Assembly (NCBI GenBank): GCA_965226585.1
Contig: OZ245366.1
Location: 1,152,001 to 1,216,000 of the forward strand
Direction of reading: 5' to 3'
Length of the DNA stretch: 64,000 nt
Origin: Thermodesulfobacteriota bacterium
GTDB taxonomy: Bacteria > Desulfobacterota_D > UBA1144 > Nemesobacterales > Mycalebacteriaceae
In this document: positions 61,401 through 64,000 of the stretch, piece after piece
Layout of the letters: each line of letters begins with the position of its first letter
Numbering within the stretch: position 1 is the stretch's first letter
Translations under genes and position numbers: made by a program
Notes under the pieces: model-generated
Told to the model about the DNA's origin: nothing
What the model saw: only the letters and a program-made list of their open reading frames with translations
The model's database searches: none

Positions 61401-64000
61401 CGCACTTCCGCTCATTGAAAGAGTAACGTTTCCGCCCCGTGTGCCCGTGGTAATCGCGTCTGCAAGGAAATGACCGCGCATAGTTACTTGAGAGGTGTCG
61501 GCAAGCGTAATGTTTATGTCTCCGTCCGCGCTGTTCGCGTAGATGCCTTTGGCGGCGCTTCCGTATTGCGGTTGTCCGGCTACCACCTGCGCGCCGCCTT
61601 TCAAACTGACGGTTATAACTCCGTTGCGGCTTTGCAGTCTGACGGTATTGGTATTCGACTGCCCTGAGGAAACATACGCCGAATCCGGATTCCCCACCGC
61701 CGCGCCTGCCGCCGCCGCCGCGCCGTTGATATAAAGCCCTATGTCTCCGTCCAGCGATAACGCTCGTATGGTGTAGCCGTGCTTACTGGAGAAAGAGACT
61801 TTCGCCTTGTCGGAAATGATTATTTTTGTCTCCCCGTTAACCATTTCCGACACAATGCCTCTTGACAGGTCTCCTCCCGCCTCTATCCGGGAGTCGCCTG
61901 ATGCGGTAAGGAGAAAACTGGTCTCAGTTCCGCCTCGCGTTCCGGTGGTTTTGGCTTCCGCCCTGACGGCGTTGCTCGCCCCGCCGCCAACTTTTATCCG
62001 CGCTCTGTCTTCCAGATTAACTCTTATGCTTCCGATGTTCATTTTTACATCAACCGCGTCTGACATTCCGGCGGCTTCAATTAGTGAGTCGTCTTTCATG
62101 CTGAGGGTGAACCCGGTTCCGTCATCCATATCCGCCCGTACCACCGCGCTTCCCGTCCCGCCCGCGTATGCCCGCGCCGTGCCATCCAAACTTACTCCAA
62201 ACGAGATGCCGCTTCTTGCCGCGCCCGTGTATGTTTCATCTATGTTGATGACGGAACTGCCCGCTCCGTTTGCGAACACCCTTGCGCTGTCAGTAATGTT
62301 CAAGTTGAAACTGGTTTGGCTGATGCGGTGAAAATGGCTAATCACTTTGCTTCCCGTGCCTACCGCATACACTTGCGCGGAGCCCTCAACGCTTATGACT
62401 GATGCCGGTCTGGCGAGCGCGAATCCGAGCGGGGCTGTTGAATTCGTTATTATCACGTTACTGTCCGCCCCGTTTGTGAAAACCCGCGCCGTGCCTTTAA
62501 CGGTTACGTCCACGGGTCTGACATCGTCTCTTGTATAATTTGAGGTTATATCCAGCGCGCCACTGCTTCCGGCGGCGGCGTAAATTTGCGCGCTTCCCGC
62601 AACAGACACATTTGCCGCTCCGTTGGTTCGTATCACAACCGCGTTTCCCGTTTGCTCCACAAAAATCTTTGCGTTCTCTTTTATGGAGAGGTTGGCGCCT
62701 TCGGTTCCGCTTCCGGCGTCGGCTTCCATAAAGAGCGCGTTCGCTCCGATTCCGACCGCGCCAATAAACGCGCTGTCTTCAAGCGTAACGGTGATTCCCT
62801 GCGCGCCCTTAGTGCCTGTCGGCATAACGCGATTGGACGATAAGTGAACACCGCTTTTCTTTCCGCCATTGGTGAATATGCTTGAAGAGTCTTTCATGGA
62901 CAGGATGGCAAAGGAAGATCCCGAATGAATTCGCACTCCCGTTCCGCCTTCCTCAATGGTTGCGGGGGTGGAGGAAGGCAGGGCGGCTGTGTTCACAACC
63001 GCCGTGCCTGTCATGTCCATACGGGCTGTTCCGGTTCCCGCGAAAGCGCGTATGGCGTTTGACCCCGCGCTCGTGTTCACGGCTGAAGAATCCACAGTTA
63101 TTGTCGTGCTACCCGAACTTGCCGCGTTGACGGCGATTGCGCCGCGCTGTTGGGCTCTTTGTATCCAGGTTCCGTTGTATATTCCCACCGTTGTAGAGCC
63201 GCCCGCCGACATCTTAATGACGTTGAATGAAGCAAGCGTTCTCACCAACGTGTTGGAGAAGAGAACTGACATGGCGCCGCTGCCGGCTGTCGCTTCCATT
63301 AATATCGGAACGCCGGCTCCGTTTGCGACTATGTTTGTATCGTAGATTTCCATTCTAACTGTGTCGTTTGTTACCTGTATCATTTCGCCCGCGAGCGTTT
63401 TCCAGATATCGGACTGGTTGGCAATCAACTGCCCCGCCACAATCGCCGTTGACCTCGTGCCGTTTGTGTGCACACGCGACCGTGTGATGGTTACCCCTTT
63501 GGTTGTGGAAATTGCGTCTGCCCCCGAACTGCCTTGTGAGTACACTTCCGAGTTGTTCACATTCACGCTTCCCCCCGCAGAAACCGCGATGCTTATGAAT
63601 CCGTTTGACCACACTGTTGAGTCCGTTATATCCACGTCTCCCGGCGTTCTGATTGTTGCCGCTTGCGTTCCGTCTGACCAAACTTTCGCGCCGGTCTTGA
63701 TATTCACATCTCCGCCGGCGGCAATCGCGTTTGATTTATCGCCGCTCGCGCCCACTGTCCCGCCGTTGACTAAAACGGTGGTCGCTGAAACGGCATTGCC
63801 TCCTGCGCTGTCAGTCAAAACTGAGGCGCCGTCATGAACTGACACGGTTGTTGCCTTAACGGTTGACGCATTGGTTCCGCCGCCCGTCCAAATCTCTCCC
63901 ATTCCGTCTGATGAAACGATGGTTACACTTGCCGAAGTTCCCCCCGTAACCGCAGACGAGTTCGCGCCGCCAGCCCAGATTCTTGCCCCGCCGGACACAT
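58497..64000 (-). CDS. Giant autotransporter-like adhesin AT4 (5' end beyond the window)
   Basis: At least 1833 aa, open to the window edge. Same passenger style and C-terminal domain, ending GGVNYRF. Confidence 0.87.
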   Translation of the reverse strand, partial: VSGGARIWAGGANSSAVTGGTSASVTIVSSDGMGEIWTGGGTNASTVKATTVSVHDGASVLTDSAGGNAVSATTVLVNGGTVGASGDKSNAIAAGGDVNIKTGAKVWSDGTQAATIRTPGDVDITDSTVWSNGFISIAVSAGGSVNVNNSEVYSQGSSGADAISTTKGVTITRSRVHTNGTRSTAIVAGQLIANQSDIWKTLAGEMIQVTNDTVRMEIYDTNIVANGAGVPILMEATAGSGAMSVLFSNTLVRTLASFNVIKMSAGGSTTVGIYNGTWIQRAQQRGAIAVNAASSGSTTITVDSSAVNTSAGSNAIRAFAGTGTARMDMTGTAVVNTAALPSSTPATIEEGGTGVRIHSGSSFAILSMKDSSSIFTNGGKKSGVHLSSNRVMPTGTKGAQGITVTLEDSAFIGAVGIGANALFMEADAGSGTEGANLSIKENAKIFVEQTGNAVVIRTNGAANVSVAGSAQIYAAAGSSGALDITSNYTRDDVRPVDVTVKGTARVFTNGADSNVIITNSTAPLGFALARPASVISVEGSAQVYAVGTGSKVISHFHRISQTSFNLNITDSARVFANGAGSSVINIDETYTGAARSGISFGVSLDGTARAYAGGTGSAVVRADMDDGTGFTLSMKDDSLIEAAGMSDAVDVKMNIGSIRVNLEDRARIKVGGGASNAVRAEAKTTGTRGGTETSFLLTASGDSRIEAGGDLSRGIVSEMVNGETKIIISDKAKVSFSSKHGYTIRALSLDGDIGLYINGAAAAAGAAVGNPDSAYVSSGQSNTNTVRLQSRNGVITVSLKGGAQVVAGQPQYGSAAKGIYANSADGDINITLADTSQVTMRGHFLADAITTGTRGGNVTLSMSGSARLSIQTDRSSAFSAVTDFGKININIGGSAKVWATRHSSTALGADSLSETVTATISGGAQVWTEARDSTAVALQLHAQSGTPLTFTLGTDTAHRARVWTNGTGSTAVRLGTLGPNPKASDVVYSQNSNTTVSAAGADSYGVLISARKGNIGFDVRGDLFVTGDRSTAFHAQVVDGGSVRGNIVSTRGVGLSGFDNRFHAHGHDSKFVSVLTESGALARVDFHHRRTQNQDANNQIVQLNGDRAVGITANGGRVGDAVVNIGATMGLNLTGAGAIGILARSATNKFVAGGVREHANVIMERGSFVKVSQSSSTAIKAQTSDGGILVHIKGGFVYAPGATAVNLVAEARVQPSLRPAVSRKIIMELASTGQGGIHGHISGTSHIDQIYVNGLSGSSIIAFTGSGDLGRGADIVSIKNAGWRFTGTFAMGDGDDTLSLSGASYSGTGCFSSVELGGHTSSLCASRRRSASSGGDGRFRLGSAEPVEVVETEPESAFILLDFGEGEDSFMFDGTWEVDRGTSMNGLEKMTFGENATLVIMADPESVAGDPLIDLEGTITAEDIEGFNVEVDVPGTHVTEYTIFEAEALPDGEERQKVADRLSAAAGEMVSVETDGDGNLFLRATSHKDTSLDVYDALIQSAYRSDRNFADKLARGCGTGGAASDEMGGDFWTGCVWATSGGRYTRHTSAIQYDEDVYSFTGGVSAPFSGVLVSVAGGYEISTIDASAETAFDEDTRGLAKAGGDATRFMGGIFAEGVIDEFVVDGNLRYAGTSWEATRTADGDSYSADVDATVFGGAIAVTKPFLSGKFALLPRLELGASYITADKFVENSLAVDDPDTDSVNEETAADMDKFYVEDTSELLVYVNPSIEARSPVSEMLSMWMRAGADVQVLNPESEIEGRLIRDGANDGDPDVPENVLRDGTMDRVMFTYSAGMEYNPYDSLNISIEYGGGTSASFNTFVQQFRGGVNYRF

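Overview
Bacterial chromosomal window in three parts. (1) About 0.6-9 kb: an accessory block downstream of tRNA-Ser(GCT), AT-rich at its left end. It carries an Mrr-type endonuclease, a C5 DNA methyltransferase overlapping a GHKL/MORC-type ATPase with a candidate C-terminal HEPN RNase motif, a degenerate arsC, an AbiEi/AbiEii pair and katG. (2) About 9-37 kb: compact housekeeping genes (manC, tig-clpP-clpX, five tRNAs, M16 protease, psd-pssA, ilvBNC, an isolated nuoJKL, yefM-yoeB, nth, trpF-B-A split by two glycosylation genes, a ColD-like dehydratase, gltA). (3) About 37-64 kb: four large paralogous autotransporter-like adhesin genes with mosaic passenger domains. Every visible end of these genes is bracketed by a 76-bp composite palindrome (hairpin A + ~13-nt spacer + inverted hairpin B; 13 complete copies in the window). 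The most striking observation is that one copy has a complete 96-aa GIY-YIG nuclease gene in its spacer (57333-57715). It looks like the autonomous form of the empty 76-bp units and sits in a ~136-bp-period array. Another copy lies in frame inside an autotransporter gene, and that gene is frameshifted at a C8 tract in its signal-peptide region (possible phase variation, or an assembly error). All functional calls come from motif recognition by eye; no searches were run.
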